From the NCBI GenBank assembly GCA_973895155.1, contig OZ316891.1, positions 585,558 through 649,557 of the forward strand: 64,000 nt of DNA, in the 5' to 3' direction. Numbering within the stretch: position 1 is the first letter of the stretch; each line of letters begins with the position of its first letter. The translations under genes were made by a program, and so were the position numbers. The notes under the pieces were generated by a model that searched no databases, had not been told where the DNA came from, and was given only the letters and a program-made list of their open reading frames with translations. This document shows, in pieces, positions 13,185 to 24,327 of the stretch. The DNA comes from Marsupella aquatica (lineage: Eukaryota; Plantae; Marchantiophyta).

Positions 13185-13301
13185 CGCAAGATGTAGCAGC
13201 ACGCGCCTTACTGAACATTGCTCACACGCAAGATGTGGCAGCACGCCCCTTAATGACCGTTGCTCACACGCAAGATGTAGCAGCACTCGCCTTACTGAAA
13301 A
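13185..13301. repeat. 42-bp minisatellite, ~2.8 copies
   Basis: cgcaagatgt(a/g)gcagcac.c.cctta.tga...ttgctcaca repeated. It lies between the convergent 3' ends of CysRS and the Mpo1-like gene. Confidence 0.9.
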
Positions 13302-13909
13302 CTCCTCAAACATGGGCGCCCGCATCTAGGCCGAGCGACATGGTAAAGAAAGTCTCCATTTCGTAGCAAGATTTGTTACCAGCCTCGAGTTGCATTTGAG
13401 CCTTTTTGTGTTCGAGATCCTCCTATGCATATTGCGATCCGAATGAACTTGATACCATTGTCCAAAAGCGTGAGTTAGCCTGATCAACCCCAACAGACTG
13501 ATCGTGCGCATACCAGCCCTCCCAACGACCAAACCTCCAACATACATTTCCTGATCTTGTTTTGCTTGCAAAGTCCGGCAATATAGACAGGTTGTATATT
13601 TCTTTACAACAGTACAGATTAGGCTAAGAAAGCATCAATATACAAGCAGAGTTTTCCTGTCTACAGGAAAGGTGTGTGGCACTACTATAAATCCAGAAAG
13701 GGAATTGATCGAAAACAGTTGTGCATGTAAGAGCCTCCCTCTAGAGAAGAACTAGAACCTTCCTATGGTTGCCTTGAAAGGAATTAGCTAACTGCAATCA
13801 GCTCCTGTGTCTGTACATCATTCCTGAATTTCAAAAATTAGTCAGGCACCTTTGCCATCGATTTAGCGTTTACTCAAACAAGATGAGATGTACGTGCTCA
13901 AACTCCAAT

Positions 13910-15565
13910 TCAGGTTGCCTTCTTTGCTTTCGATTGTTTGAACTCACGAATCGCGTTATCCACATTTTTCTGCACCCTTTTTTGAAAACCTGGATAGGGC
14001 TCGTAACCAAATGCCGCCTGCAGGCACTGCAAGTACAAAAACCAAGCCAGATAGTTGCTCATTCAATTTCCAACCGAAACCAATCAGAACAATGGATCCT
14101 CACCTACGTCTTTTGTCTGTTCATTCCTAGAGGAACAAAGCTCTAAATATTTACACTGCAGTACCAAGAAACTGGTCGACGAAACACAAATCAATATCCA
14201 GTCGCTACGGAGATCCATTTAGGACTCATTCACTTCAATGCATACGTTGCAATAGGCCTTTGATGGATCACACGGAAAGAACTGCAAATGAGATAGTGCA
14301 TAAGAACGAGCAAACCCGTACCTCCAGTAAAACGAAGAAGGGGGCCATCAAAAAGGCTTGTGGCAAATTGTCGAGCAAAGCAGGTGCGCGCCCCTGCAAC
14401 AAAACAACGCATTGATGTCCTCAATCAGAAAAGGAAGGGGACAACGTCTCCGGGTGTTTAATCACACCTAAGCTTGGGGGATCACAAGTACCCACCTCGA
14501 ATTTTTGATGCCCGAAGATTTGAAAAAACCAGCATGTAACTTGGGAAGCCAGCACGATCTGCAAAAGAAAGCTCAGGATTGTCACTCTTTCTCCCCACAT
14601 GAGCAATTTTGGCAGTTAAGATAACGATAACACAGCTTAGAATTTTAGATACATCGGCTCGACGTTGACGTTCCGGATGGAACGTCGCTAGCGTTGATCC
14701 CTAAGCTGATCAGCAACACTCTTGACCAGGTGAAATAAGCAGATGAACATCTACGAGACACAATCATATGACGCACCTTCCAAGAGAGCGACCAAGGCAA
14801 GGCCTGTGCAACAGCATTAGCACCAATCCAACAGCCCAAGCAGACCAGTCCACCGAGAGAGCCAGCCTTCTTGTCCAGCGCGATGTAGTAAAGCGCATAG
14901 ATAGCGGCCTGGACAAAGCTCGCGTTGAGAACCATGTACTCCTGGAAAGGGAGCGTCCCTGCAGCGAGAGGCAGAGGAGCCAGTGGGGCAGTGTACGCCC
15001 ACAGAATCAAGCTGGTGTAGAAAATGGGCCACACGAAAAGGATGTGGATGAAAACATTGACTTTGTTGCTGTGATACGCTCCATAAAACGAAAACTGTTT
15101 CTCCAAATCCAAAATGTCCAACATCGTGGACGCCGCAAATGTTTTCGCTCGGCTCTTCTCCTCTACTATTCCACTTTTCACAGACCTCTTCTTCCCTTCC
15201 CCTCCTGATTCCTTCCCTGCGTCTCGTTCACTGTCTTCTTCTGATCCTCTCGACTCTGATTTCGATCCCACTCCGCGCGCCAAACAGGAGGTTCGAACAG
15301 AACTACCACGGCGAGCCAAGAAACGACCGAAAGCAGCGAAACTGACCCTCCCGCTACGAGCAGGAGAAGAACAGGAAGTCGAGATTCGACCGCGAGACAA
15401 CGAAGAAATGGCAATGCACCCGCGGAAAGAACAAGCCGTCGAAGACGGTGGATGATGAGGAGCACGACAGCAAGAGAAGAGAAGCTGAGGTCGAGGAGAA
15501 GGGCGAGGAGCAGGTGGAACGAGCGACGAGCAGCACCCGATTGCGATCCTTTTGCTCATCGTCAT
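13910..15565 (-). CDS. Mpo1-like (DUF962; 2-hydroxy fatty acid dioxygenase-like) membrane protein, 4 exons
   Basis: Exons approx. 15565-14777, 14558-14496, 14393-14322, 14026-13910. Motifs LDLEKQFSFYGAYHSNKVNVFIHILFVWPI, YYIALDKKAG, QIFGHQKFEGRAPALLDNL.QAFLMAPFFVLLE and FGYEPYPGF. An alternative internal ATG lies at 15124. Confidence 0.92.
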
Positions 15566-16852
15566 CCGCAATCATCAGTCAGGCCATCATTCCAACTCGT
15601 TAAAAGCTTATCTTGGGCTTCGCATGCCTCTTTTTTAAAGCGGATTTACGATCGTTCTGCGTCATCATCGCTGTGCTTCTCATCATCGCTGTTCTTCTGT
15701 TCATTCAGATCGATCAACCTGGAAGCGCATCCTCGATTCTTGGGAAACCGTACTGGAGGTAGGTCCTATTTCAGTTGCATAGGTGCATATTTACATTACT
15801 GCAGAACTGTACACATTACTGCCACACGGTAGGTTTGCACTAGGAGTCCAAGTGTCCTTGCAAGACCACGGAGTTTTGCTATTCCGATTATATGCCTCTT
15901 GAGAGCTTGCACGATACTCTTGCCACTTAGGGTCACTTTACACTCTTTGCCACTTGGGGCCACTTTACAAAAACAGCTGAGGGCCACACTTTGCATGTTG
16001 CCTTGCACCTCTCAATCTGCACCGTAGATTTGGGGTCTTTGGTCAAAGATCACTTTACCAAAAATGAAAGCAGACCAGTTGGTGTGAGAGTTTACCCCAG
16101 GTTAGTGAGACTGAAGTGGGTCCCTGGCTTTTTCTGTTTGCTTGTGCTTGTGTGTCACGGCCTCTTGGCTTGTTTCTTAGACCACCTCTTGAGGTGCTCT
16201 AAAAGTCTGATAGAGAGATCCTACAGTAGCTTGTCGCTAATAGATTTATGATTGTTGATTTTTGACATTTATTTTAGTCTCTCCATAGCCGTTGATTTCT
16301 TTTTGGCGTTTTGGCTTGGGTTTCTGGTGGATTACTGTGGGAAAATGGCAGCACATGTGTCCTGTACGTTATTGTGAAGTGCTTCTTGGTTACTAGTCTA
16401 GATGTGGACCGTTAGGTGTCATACTATTGCAATTGATCTTTATATCATTATTTCTACTATCAAGGTTTTTGGGGTATGCATTTGCTACAGTAGTTTCTTC
16501 TGAGTTCCATGTTAGTCTTCTCTGGACAACTATTGCTTTTCCTCCATTGTACATTGTTTGGCCCTCTTGCACTACCCAACTGAAGGGGACAAAGAAAACA
16601 TACTCACAACTACCTTTGTTTTCTTGTGAGCAAATACCCTTCTTTACTCCATTGTACTTTGTTTGGCCTTCTCAGTAAATTGATCTTTTTCCCACTACCG
16701 AACTCAAGAAAAACATTGAAAAAAAGTTCACAAACACCTCTGTTTTCTATCCAAAATATCCATTCATGTTTTCCATTTTTGAAAAGGGGTGACCACCTTA
16801 GAGCAAACTACCTGACAAGCAGACCAAAAAAACCCTAGTTTGATATACTCTA

Positions 16853-16950
16853 CTAGCTCAATACCCGTGCGTTGCACAAAAAGATATTGTTCCATAAAAT
16901 ATGTCGTTAAATAAACATAGTATTATATTTTTTAATAATTTTATAGAAAT
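16853..16950 (-). mobile_element. Helitron 3' terminus remnant
   Basis: The minus strand reads tttttgtgcaacgcacgggtattgagCTAG|t. This is the typical plant Helitron subterminal hairpin (ccc)GTGCAACGCACGGG about 10 nt before CTAG followed by T, with an AT-rich body behind it. The 5' end was not identified. Confidence 0.65.
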
Positions 16951-18288
16951 CTTACAACAACCCACAAGTGCAAGTGGTGCATAATGCATTTTACCCACCA
17001 CACCATTTGGCACAAAACCTCCACCAGCTCCCTCCAACAGATGAATTGGTTGTAAATGAGTGGCCCTTCCTTCCTTTTATCATAAATCTCTCCTCTACTT
17101 TTTTCTTTGTATTTCTGTGGATGATTATGAGCCATTACCGCTCTCCCCCCCCCAGCCTGGTTGGTTATGAGCTTTTGGCTCCCTTTATTAGCTCACCTGG
17201 AGGGTTATCCAATTTTAGTTGCAATTTTCAGGTCACAAATAAATAAAATTACACTTGAGGATATGAAGTTGTTAATCCATGGCCTCTCAGGGGCTATTTG
17301 CAGGTCATAAATAAAATTAACTCAGGGGCCATAGCCATAATTCCCTGGAGCTCAGGCCCTTGGGGATTATATACCATAAACCCCTTGGGGCCATGGTTTG
17401 GTCTATATTTTACCTCCCAGCAAAACCTATTGTACACACTTTGGACACTCCAAAACGACCAAATGAAAACATAGAATCTTCATTCTCCCTCTTTTCCCTT
17501 CGTTGTGTTTTTCAGACTCCTCCCTGTTCCCTGTCTGGGTTTCTCGTATGGTTGGATAACCTTCCTTTTCCCTCCCTCGGGCTTTCGCCGCACAGCCCCG
17601 AGTTCCTCTTCAGCAACTTTGCTTTGTGCAGTGTTGAAAAGTTGGGAATTGAAAAGGATTGAGACGATCTCCTCGTGTCTTGGGGAGAACTTCGCTACAC
17701 ATTTTCCACATCGCATTGATGTGGAACAGAACAGATCATTGCTCAACACCCATGGTTGCTTGTTGGCGTCAATTTACGACAGTATCACTGATCACTCAGG
17801 TTGTGTGTCATACCCAGCAATTGCACAATGGCGGTACAGTTCTATCGCAGAAGTAATGTGGAACGGCTCTTCAAAGAACCAACTCGAAGTAGATTTCAGT
17901 AACGACGGACGGTTTGACCCGATAGCGATTTCACATTCGTGCAAATCCCATCAGCTCTCAATTACGTGGTTAGAGGAGGACTCCCATCTTTCTCTTCCTC
18001 CTTTTCTGTGGGAGGGACTATTTCACGGCAGTCAAGAATTCGGATTTGCAGCTTTTCGCGAGTTTTCTTCTGTACTTGAGTTCGGGCCTTGCCGCTACTA
18101 GGTTGATCAACATTCCAGCTCCGCCAAAGACTTCTTCTTCACAGAGCTTTAGAGCTGGGAAGGACAGCAATGGATGTTCTTCTGCCATCTTGTTCCCCAA
18201 AACAGGATTCTGGGGTTTTCGTGAGGGTTTAAGGTAGATGGGCAGGGCTTAAGGTTTAGGGCATGACTGCACAGGAACACTCGGCAGC

Positions 18289-21200
18289 ATGATGCCCACG
18301 AGAGTGCTTGGTGTTGTGACCTTGCTGGTGCTGCAATTTCTTGCCGTGGATGTGGCAATTTCCAATGCGGCTGTCGTCACAAGAGGGCTGCAAGGGCCCC
18401 ATATCAGCAGCCTCAATCTCTTGCTGCCTCCTCGGACGACCCGGCCGATTCATTTTCGTCTCGTTGGCTTTAATGGCTGTTTCACCTGGTCTTGGGATCA
18501 TCACGACCTGCTGAACGTTGAGCCTGAGTTCAACACCACCGTTAAGCATTGCACTACAAGTGCAGTGCTGACTTCCATCGCTCTCTATTCCTCTCCGAGA
18601 ACTACTGCAGTGCATGCAACGGACATCTTCACCGGGCAGGTTCTTCGATGTGAGGTTTTCATCGACAAAATTTCTCGGATTCGAATCTTTCATCATTCTC
18701 TGAAGTTGGATTTGGACGGCGTGGCCACCCTCCGGATTCTTGCTTTTGACTCGGAAGAAAATGTCTTCTCGACGTTGGTTGGGTTGCAATTCGTGTGGCA
18801 GCTGGCACCTGTGAATCCGTCTGGTGATTTCCTGCCTCATAGACTGATTCACGTGCCCTTGAAGGATACGGCCCTTGGAGATGGTGAAATTGATCCTCAG
18901 ATCGAAATGGAGCAGTCTGGGCTCTATTCTGACCTTTTTGTGGTTCAAGGGATTGGGGTGGGGCAGGAAAGAGTTACAGCCCAGCTGATGGAACCACTCT
19001 TTGAAGACTTAATTGATGTTGTAGTCTTGACAGTAGCTGAAGCTGTATCACTGGACCCTCCATCGCCTATCTACATTATCCCTGGCACACGTCTCCTGTA
19101 CACTCTGAAAACTGTACGAAATAATGTGGCTACGGTGGTGCCCTTGCCCTCAGCCCATCATCATTGGGTCAGTGCCAACACCTCAGTGGCAGAAATGGAC
19201 TCTTCCCTGGGAATAGCGGTTGGACGAACTCATGGAGCGACCAGTGTAGTGGTAAAGGACACAAGATTGGAAGGGCATCAACAGACTTCTATGTTGCATG
19301 TTGTCACTCCAGTACGCTTGCGTCTACAATTGACTGCTTTGACAGTGAAAGGAGTGGGTCCGAGCTCCGTTACCCAAGAACCTCAAATCATGGCTTCTGA
19401 CGTTCCCTGGCAGCTGGTTGTGGGCCGCAAATATGTCGTGCAGGTGTTTACATTTTCGAAGGAATCTGGCACCCGCCCACTGCAGTTAACTAAGGACAAT
19501 GAGTTGCGCCGACTATTTGGAAATCAAGGGGTCTGGCTCATCGACGATTGTCCGGAGAAGATTGTGTCTGAGCAAGATGGGCAACACTGCTCGCTTCTTC
19601 AGGCCATTAAGGAGGGAACGGGGACTTTGGTTGCCACGTTAGCGTATGGAAATATGTTGCAAGACGAAGTTACTGGAAATTGGCTCCTAGCAAATAAGAA
19701 GGTTTTGCGAGAGGAACAGAAGGTAGTGGTGTGCAGCCCCGTAAAAATCTCTGAGCCTCCCTCAGATGAGTCTGGTGCTCTGCTACTTCCCTGGATTCCT
19801 GGACGTGGTCAACAGTATTTTTTGTATGTTGAAGGGGGTTGTGGAGAGAAAGCTGGAGACTATTGGTGGATTTCTTCAAATCCTGAAATCGCTTCAGTAA
19901 ATGCGCTCGGTGTTGTAAAAGCTCAAGGGTTGGGTAAAGCATTGATTCGTGTTTCCCCTACACGAGACCCTTTGAATTATGACGAGATCATTGTGGATGT
20001 CTCAGTGCCAGCATTTATCAACGTTGTCCCAGGCTTAGCAGTGGAAGTTGAGGTCCCAGGTTCCCTTCCTGTTGGTGTGACTCTCCTCAACCGTGGAGGT
20101 AAGAAGTATTCTATGTGTGATTCATTCAATCCTCTCGTACAGTGGGACATATCTGGAGCTGAGAACTCCTTCGTGCAAGCTAACAACACAAGTGAAGGTT
20201 GGCCGCATCTTGAAGCAGAAGGGACTACTCCTTGTGCTGGGAGCCTTTTCTTGGCAACGAGAGCTGGTCGTGCTACGGTTACAGCCACACTTAGTATCCG
20301 GGATTTTATATTAGAAAGTGAATCCAAAGGTCCAGCCCAGCGATTATTGGAAACCTCATGGACAATTGCAGCTTATATGCCTCTTTCGCTGGAACAGGGT
20401 GGCGACGGGAATTCATATGGGGGTTATTCATCGAGTAGTGGGGATATATTACCCAGTCCTGATGGCGCTGGAGCCTCTGGTAAGGGCTTAACAGAATCAT
20501 TGCTAGCTCTAGGAAGTAGCATGAGAGTCATTGTACGAGGGGGTCCTGAGCGCTGGCGACAAGGAGTTGAATTTGTAGAATCTATCTTGGAGGAAAGAGG
20601 AGGAGCAGCACCCGCATCAGGAGTCGGTGTAGCACATCTAAGCGAGGGTGTTGGAAGACTGTACCTTCTGACATGCACTGGCTTAGGAACCCATACTGTG
20701 ACATTTCATCGTGGTAACCTGGTTGGCAATGATCACCCAATTAAGGCAGTGGCATCAGCGTCAGTATTAGTAATTTGTGCTGTGCCGTCCTCAGTCGTCC
20801 TTTTGATTGACGAGCCGGAGAACAGCCTCCCCTTAATTAAGAATGCTGCTTTGGCTGATCGTGATGCAAACCGTGTTGGCACAACTCCATTTACAGTGAT
20901 AAATGGCCGAACTGTCCGAGTGGCTGCTGTTGCCATAACGAGTGGAAAAGCATTTGCAAATGCATCTTCCCTGTATTTGAACTGGAATTTGAAACAGTGC
21001 AATGGCTTGGCCCAATGGCAGCTGGCAGAAAAGTCCAACCGGGCTCATGAAGATGACAGCTGGGAGCGTTTTCTAAGGCTTGGGAATGATTCAGGAGACT
21101 GTATTGTGGAGGCAAGTGTTGGTGGAATATTAGCCAGCAAGGATTTGGACCAAGATGCCCTTTTCACGGCAATGGATGAGCTTGCAAAGGCCACTTTACT

Positions 21201-24200
21201 GCTGAGGGATGCAGCGCTCTTACAGCTTGTATCAGCACTTCGACTAGAACCGAATTCACTTCTCTTGTTTCTTCATCCTGATGCCAAGGCCAGCTTTTTG
21301 GTGCTGGGAGGTACGTCTGATGTTGTGAGTCGCATGCAAGATTCCAGAGTTGCTGTCTTAAGTCATCAGCGACCTATTTCGGGTCTTGTACAACTTGTTG
21401 TTGGTGCCAAGGGCTTAGGCACAACTTTTGTCACCGTTCGGGATATTGGCGTGGCAACGACTTCTGAAGCATCTGCCGTGGTCCTGGTGACCGATGTTGC
21501 TTGGGTGAAAATGCTTATACACGAAGATGCTAGCATTCTGCTGGGCTCAAACATGACCATTGAGCTGGAAGCTGGAGACGAAGCTGGACACATCTTTGAC
21601 CCATCCCAGTTTCAGTACATGAATGTCAAAATCCATGCCCAAGATGATATTGTCAAAGTTTTGGAAATGCCGAAGGCAGTGAGTGCGAACACATTTTTGA
21701 TTCGTGGAGTGAGTGTCGGCCTCACATCCACTCTACATGTGTCAGTGCGAAGACATACCGGGCAGGAGATTCTAAGTGACTTTGGTAGAGTGGCTGTGTT
21801 TGCTCCTATTTCCATACATCCTCGGTCACTAGTGATTGCCTCTGGTGGCCAATATGTTCTAACCGCTCAGGGAGGTCCGCGGGTGGGAGCAACTACTGAG
21901 TTTTCAAGCTCCTCTTCGGATGTTGGTTTGATTGACAGAGCAACTGGGAGGTTGAAGGGAATCTCTCCTGGTAATTTGACTATCTATGCTCAAGCGCGGA
22001 ACTCCGGGGGTCTGGTTATTACCGAGGACTCTGTGGAAGTACGTGTAGTAGACCACATTGCTCCGGTTCTCAATGTCAGAGGAGGACAACTTGGGGTGGA
22101 TAGAGAGATGTCTATTTTTCCCGCAGGTGCTGAGGAGGATTTACTCTCATTTGCTGACGTTTGTCATGATTACAAGTGGTCCATTGGAGACAAGCAGGTA
22201 CTGTCTTTTCGTCACACCGAATCTAGTGCTAGTAGTGGCGGTGACGGTCAAGTGAAAGGGACCACTGTTATGACTGATAAAAGGCAGGCCCTCACAAGTC
22301 GTGTATATGGGTATGATGGTTTAATTGGAACTGAGGAAGGTTTTGCAGCCAGAGTTGTCGGCAAATCTGCAGGAAGGACAAAGGTTACGGTCTCATTTAC
22401 TTGTCACTTTGGAAGTGGAGAGGGTACTGCAGAACCTAAAGAGTACATGGTCTCAAATACCATTTTGGTGGTTCCGCCTCCTCCATTGGCCCTGGGGATA
22501 CCTGCAACGTGGCTCCTCAGACCTCAATATGCATCCTCTAGTTTGCTACCCCAGTGGACTGAAGAATTCCCCGGTCGAACAGACACTAGAGGCGTTCGGC
22601 AAAGTGTGGTGTATACAGTGATGCATGAAGGAGATGAACCTGGTGGGATTACTATTATAGATGATGGGAGAATTCAAACAACAGAAAGATTGGAGCTGGC
22701 TTGTATCCATGCACGAGACCGCAATACTGGACGGGCAGAAGTTGCAGCCTGTGTCCATGTAGCTGAAGTTGCTGAAGTTATGGTTGGCGGGGACGATTTC
22801 CCATACCATGTTGCTGAACTCTCAGTTGGTGCAAGTCAGGATTATGTGGTGACTCTAGCGGATGAGTTTGGGGCCCCATTTTATGAATCCGGGAGAGGAT
22901 CTTCTCTTCTGGTGTTGGATACTAATCGGGGGGATATTGTCTCCACTAAAGTGTCGGAGTGTGATCACAGTGAAAGAAGATGCAACCTCACCATCACTGT
23001 ACAGGCATTAGAGCAAGGAACAGCTTTGGTGCGTGTCTCCTTCAGGGGCATTCCACACATTGCTGATTTTGTCCTAGTTAAGGTCGGGGCTTTTGTAAAT
23101 CCAAGGAATCCTTCCCTGCATATTGGTGGACGAGTGAATTTCACAGTTCTTGGCAAAGGCATGCGTGGGGCAGGATTGCCTAAAGATGAGTATGGCCGCT
23201 GGACAAGTGACAATCCAAGTGTCCTTCAAATTGATAGCCATTCAGGTTATGGGAAGGCCGTTGGGGAGGGAACGGCTATTGTGAGTTTTGTTGGGCCCCA
23301 TCTGACAACATATACAAGTACGACAATAATTCGTATTTCTTCTGTGACCCTTGAGAATCCTATGAAATTTGGACAACTCACTAATGTTGGCCGCGACGAG
23401 GGCTATCGGTTTCCTGTGAAGTTCAGTGATTCTCAAGGATACGATGTTGGAATCTTAGGAGAGAACCAGGAAGTATCCTATGAATGTGGATTGGACCCAA
23501 CTTTCTTAGGGCTTGCTGTGCCTTGGAGGGAACCTGGCTCTAGGACTTTCTTCTGTGTATTCTTTCCTTTCCCCCCAACTGACATTTTTCGACTTGAAGA
23601 GTCCAGAAAGTTGGTATCATCTGCTGGGGGTTCAAATGGCACGATGCAATTTAAGATCGTCGCTGTTGTTCCAGGTGACCCACCAGTAATGGGCTCTCTG
23701 GAGATGGCAATTTTTGGGGGATTTCAGATTGTGAACACACCAGAACAGCTTCATCTATCACCCACCACAAACAGGAGCCTTATCACAATCATTGGGAATA
23801 GTGGACAAATTCAAGTGTCGTGGAAAAGAAGAGATGTGATGGTGGTGAAGAAAATCACCGATAGTGCCACTGCTGGTATAGCTGATCGGGTTGTTTATGA
23901 GGTGAAGTTATCTGCAGAGGATCAATCCTTCACCGATAAAGTGGTGTTTTCTCTTCCGGCAGCTGGCCAACTAGAGGAGATAATTGTCACCTACAATGCC
24001 GAAATTCAAGTGGCATCACTACTTGCAAAGCCTGTTCTAACTGCTGTGATGTTGGTGGTAACATTACTTCTACTTCCTCTCATTTTCTGTGCTCGCCTTC
24101 TGGATCTACCTCGACCTGCCCCAGAAGCTCGACTGAATGGACCGGAGCCGACATCTGACGGAGCCTTATTAAGTACTGGTGAGCAAACTCCTCCTCCAAC

Positions 24201-24327
24201 CAGGAGGACCTTCAATCACACTTCCCCGCCGCAACCTTACACAGATTATATAAGTAGAACCATTGAGAAGACACCTTATTACAAAAGAGAGGGCATGCGG
24301 CGGTTTGATCCGTCACGTACTTATTAG
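18289..24327 (+). CDS. GP210: Nuclear pore complex protein GP210 (Nup210 family), 2012 aa, single coding exon
   Basis: Uninterrupted ORF. Signal peptide, then GPHISSLNLLLPP..GCFTWSWDHHDLL..RCEVFIDKISRIRIFHHSLKLDLDG..FSTLVGLQF, matching the plant GP210 N-terminus as recalled. Repeated Ig-like motifs (W.SSNPEIASV, WTSDNPSVLQID), one C-terminal TM helix, and tail PQPYTDYISRTIEKTPYYKREGMRRFDP. Confidence 0.97.
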   Translation: MMPTRVLGVVTLLVLQFLAVDVAISNAAVVTRGLQGPHISSLNLLLPPRTTRPIHFRLVGFNGCFTWSWDHHDLLNVEPEFNTTVKHCTTSAVLTSIALYSSPRTTAVHATDIFTGQVLRCEVFIDKISRIRIFHHSLKLDLDGVATLRILAFDSEENVFSTLVGLQFVWQLAPVNPSGDFLPHRLIHVPLKDTALGDGEIDPQIEMEQSGLYSDLFVVQGIGVGQERVTAQLMEPLFEDLIDVVVLTVAEAVSLDPPSPIYIIPGTRLLYTLKTVRNNVATVVPLPSAHHHWVSANTSVAEMDSSLGIAVGRTHGATSVVVKDTRLEGHQQTSMLHVVTPVRLRLQLTALTVKGVGPSSVTQEPQIMASDVPWQLVVGRKYVVQVFTFSKESGTRPLQLTKDNELRRLFGNQGVWLIDDCPEKIVSEQDGQHCSLLQAIKEGTGTLVATLAYGNMLQDEVTGNWLLANKKVLREEQKVVVCSPVKISEPPSDESGALLLPWIPGRGQQYFLYVEGGCGEKAGDYWWISSNPEIASVNALGVVKAQGLGKALIRVSPTRDPLNYDEIIVDVSVPAFINVVPGLAVEVEVPGSLPVGVTLLNRGGKKYSMCDSFNPLVQWDISGAENSFVQANNTSEGWPHLEAEGTTPCAGSLFLATRAGRATVTATLSIRDFILESESKGPAQRLLETSWTIAAYMPLSLEQGGDGNSYGGYSSSSGDILPSPDGAGASGKGLTESLLALGSSMRVIVRGGPERWRQGVEFVESILEERGGAAPASGVGVAHLSEGVGRLYLLTCTGLGTHTVTFHRGNLVGNDHPIKAVASASVLVICAVPSSVVLLIDEPENSLPLIKNAALADRDANRVGTTPFTVINGRTVRVAAVAITSGKAFANASSLYLNWNLKQCNGLAQWQLAEKSNRAHEDDSWERFLRLGNDSGDCIVEASVGGILASKDLDQDALFTAMDELAKATLLLRDAALLQLVSALRLEPNSLLLFLHPDAKASFLVLGGTSDVVSRMQDSRVAVLSHQRPISGLVQLVVGAKGLGTTFVTVRDIGVATTSEASAVVLVTDVAWVKMLIHEDASILLGSNMTIELEAGDEAGHIFDPSQFQYMNVKIHAQDDIVKVLEMPKAVSANTFLIRGVSVGLTSTLHVSVRRHTGQEILSDFGRVAVFAPISIHPRSLVIASGGQYVLTAQGGPRVGATTEFSSSSSDVGLIDRATGRLKGISPGNLTIYAQARNSGGLVITEDSVEVRVVDHIAPVLNVRGGQLGVDREMSIFPAGAEEDLLSFADVCHDYKWSIGDKQVLSFRHTESSASSGGDGQVKGTTVMTDKRQALTSRVYGYDGLIGTEEGFAARVVGKSAGRTKVTVSFTCHFGSGEGTAEPKEYMVSNTILVVPPPPLALGIPATWLLRPQYASSSLLPQWTEEFPGRTDTRGVRQSVVYTVMHEGDEPGGITIIDDGRIQTTERLELACIHARDRNTGRAEVAACVHVAEVAEVMVGGDDFPYHVAELSVGASQDYVVTLADEFGAPFYESGRGSSLLVLDTNRGDIVSTKVSECDHSERRCNLTITVQALEQGTALVRVSFRGIPHIADFVLVKVGAFVNPRNPSLHIGGRVNFTVLGKGMRGAGLPKDEYGRWTSDNPSVLQIDSHSGYGKAVGEGTAIVSFVGPHLTTYTSTTIIRISSVTLENPMKFGQLTNVGRDEGYRFPVKFSDSQGYDVGILGENQEVSYECGLDPTFLGLAVPWREPGSRTFFCVFFPFPPTDIFRLEESRKLVSSAGGSNGTMQFKIVAVVPGDPPVMGSLEMAIFGGFQIVNTPEQLHLSPTTNRSLITIIGNSGQIQVSWKRRDVMVVKKITDSATAGIADRVVYEVKLSAEDQSFTDKVVFSLPAAGQLEEIIVTYNAEIQVASLLAKPVLTAVMLVVTLLLLPLIFCARLLDLPRPAPEARLNGPEPTSDGALLSTGEQTPPPTRRTFNHTSPPQPYTDYISRTIEKTPYYKREGMRRFDPSRTY

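Noticed and set aside
16084-16421. TG...CA-bounded segment as a possible solo LTR
   Set aside because: No TSD, PBS or similarity to the other LTRs found.
17505-18101. 198-aa ORF directly upstream of GP210
   Set aside because: Non-ATG start, no recognisable motifs, and it begins in a CT-rich TSS-like tract. Most likely 5' leader or promoter.
18256-24215. Many antisense and alternative-frame ORFs over GP210, and similar ones over the other genes
   Set aside because: Shadow ORFs of real coding sequence with no independent evidence.
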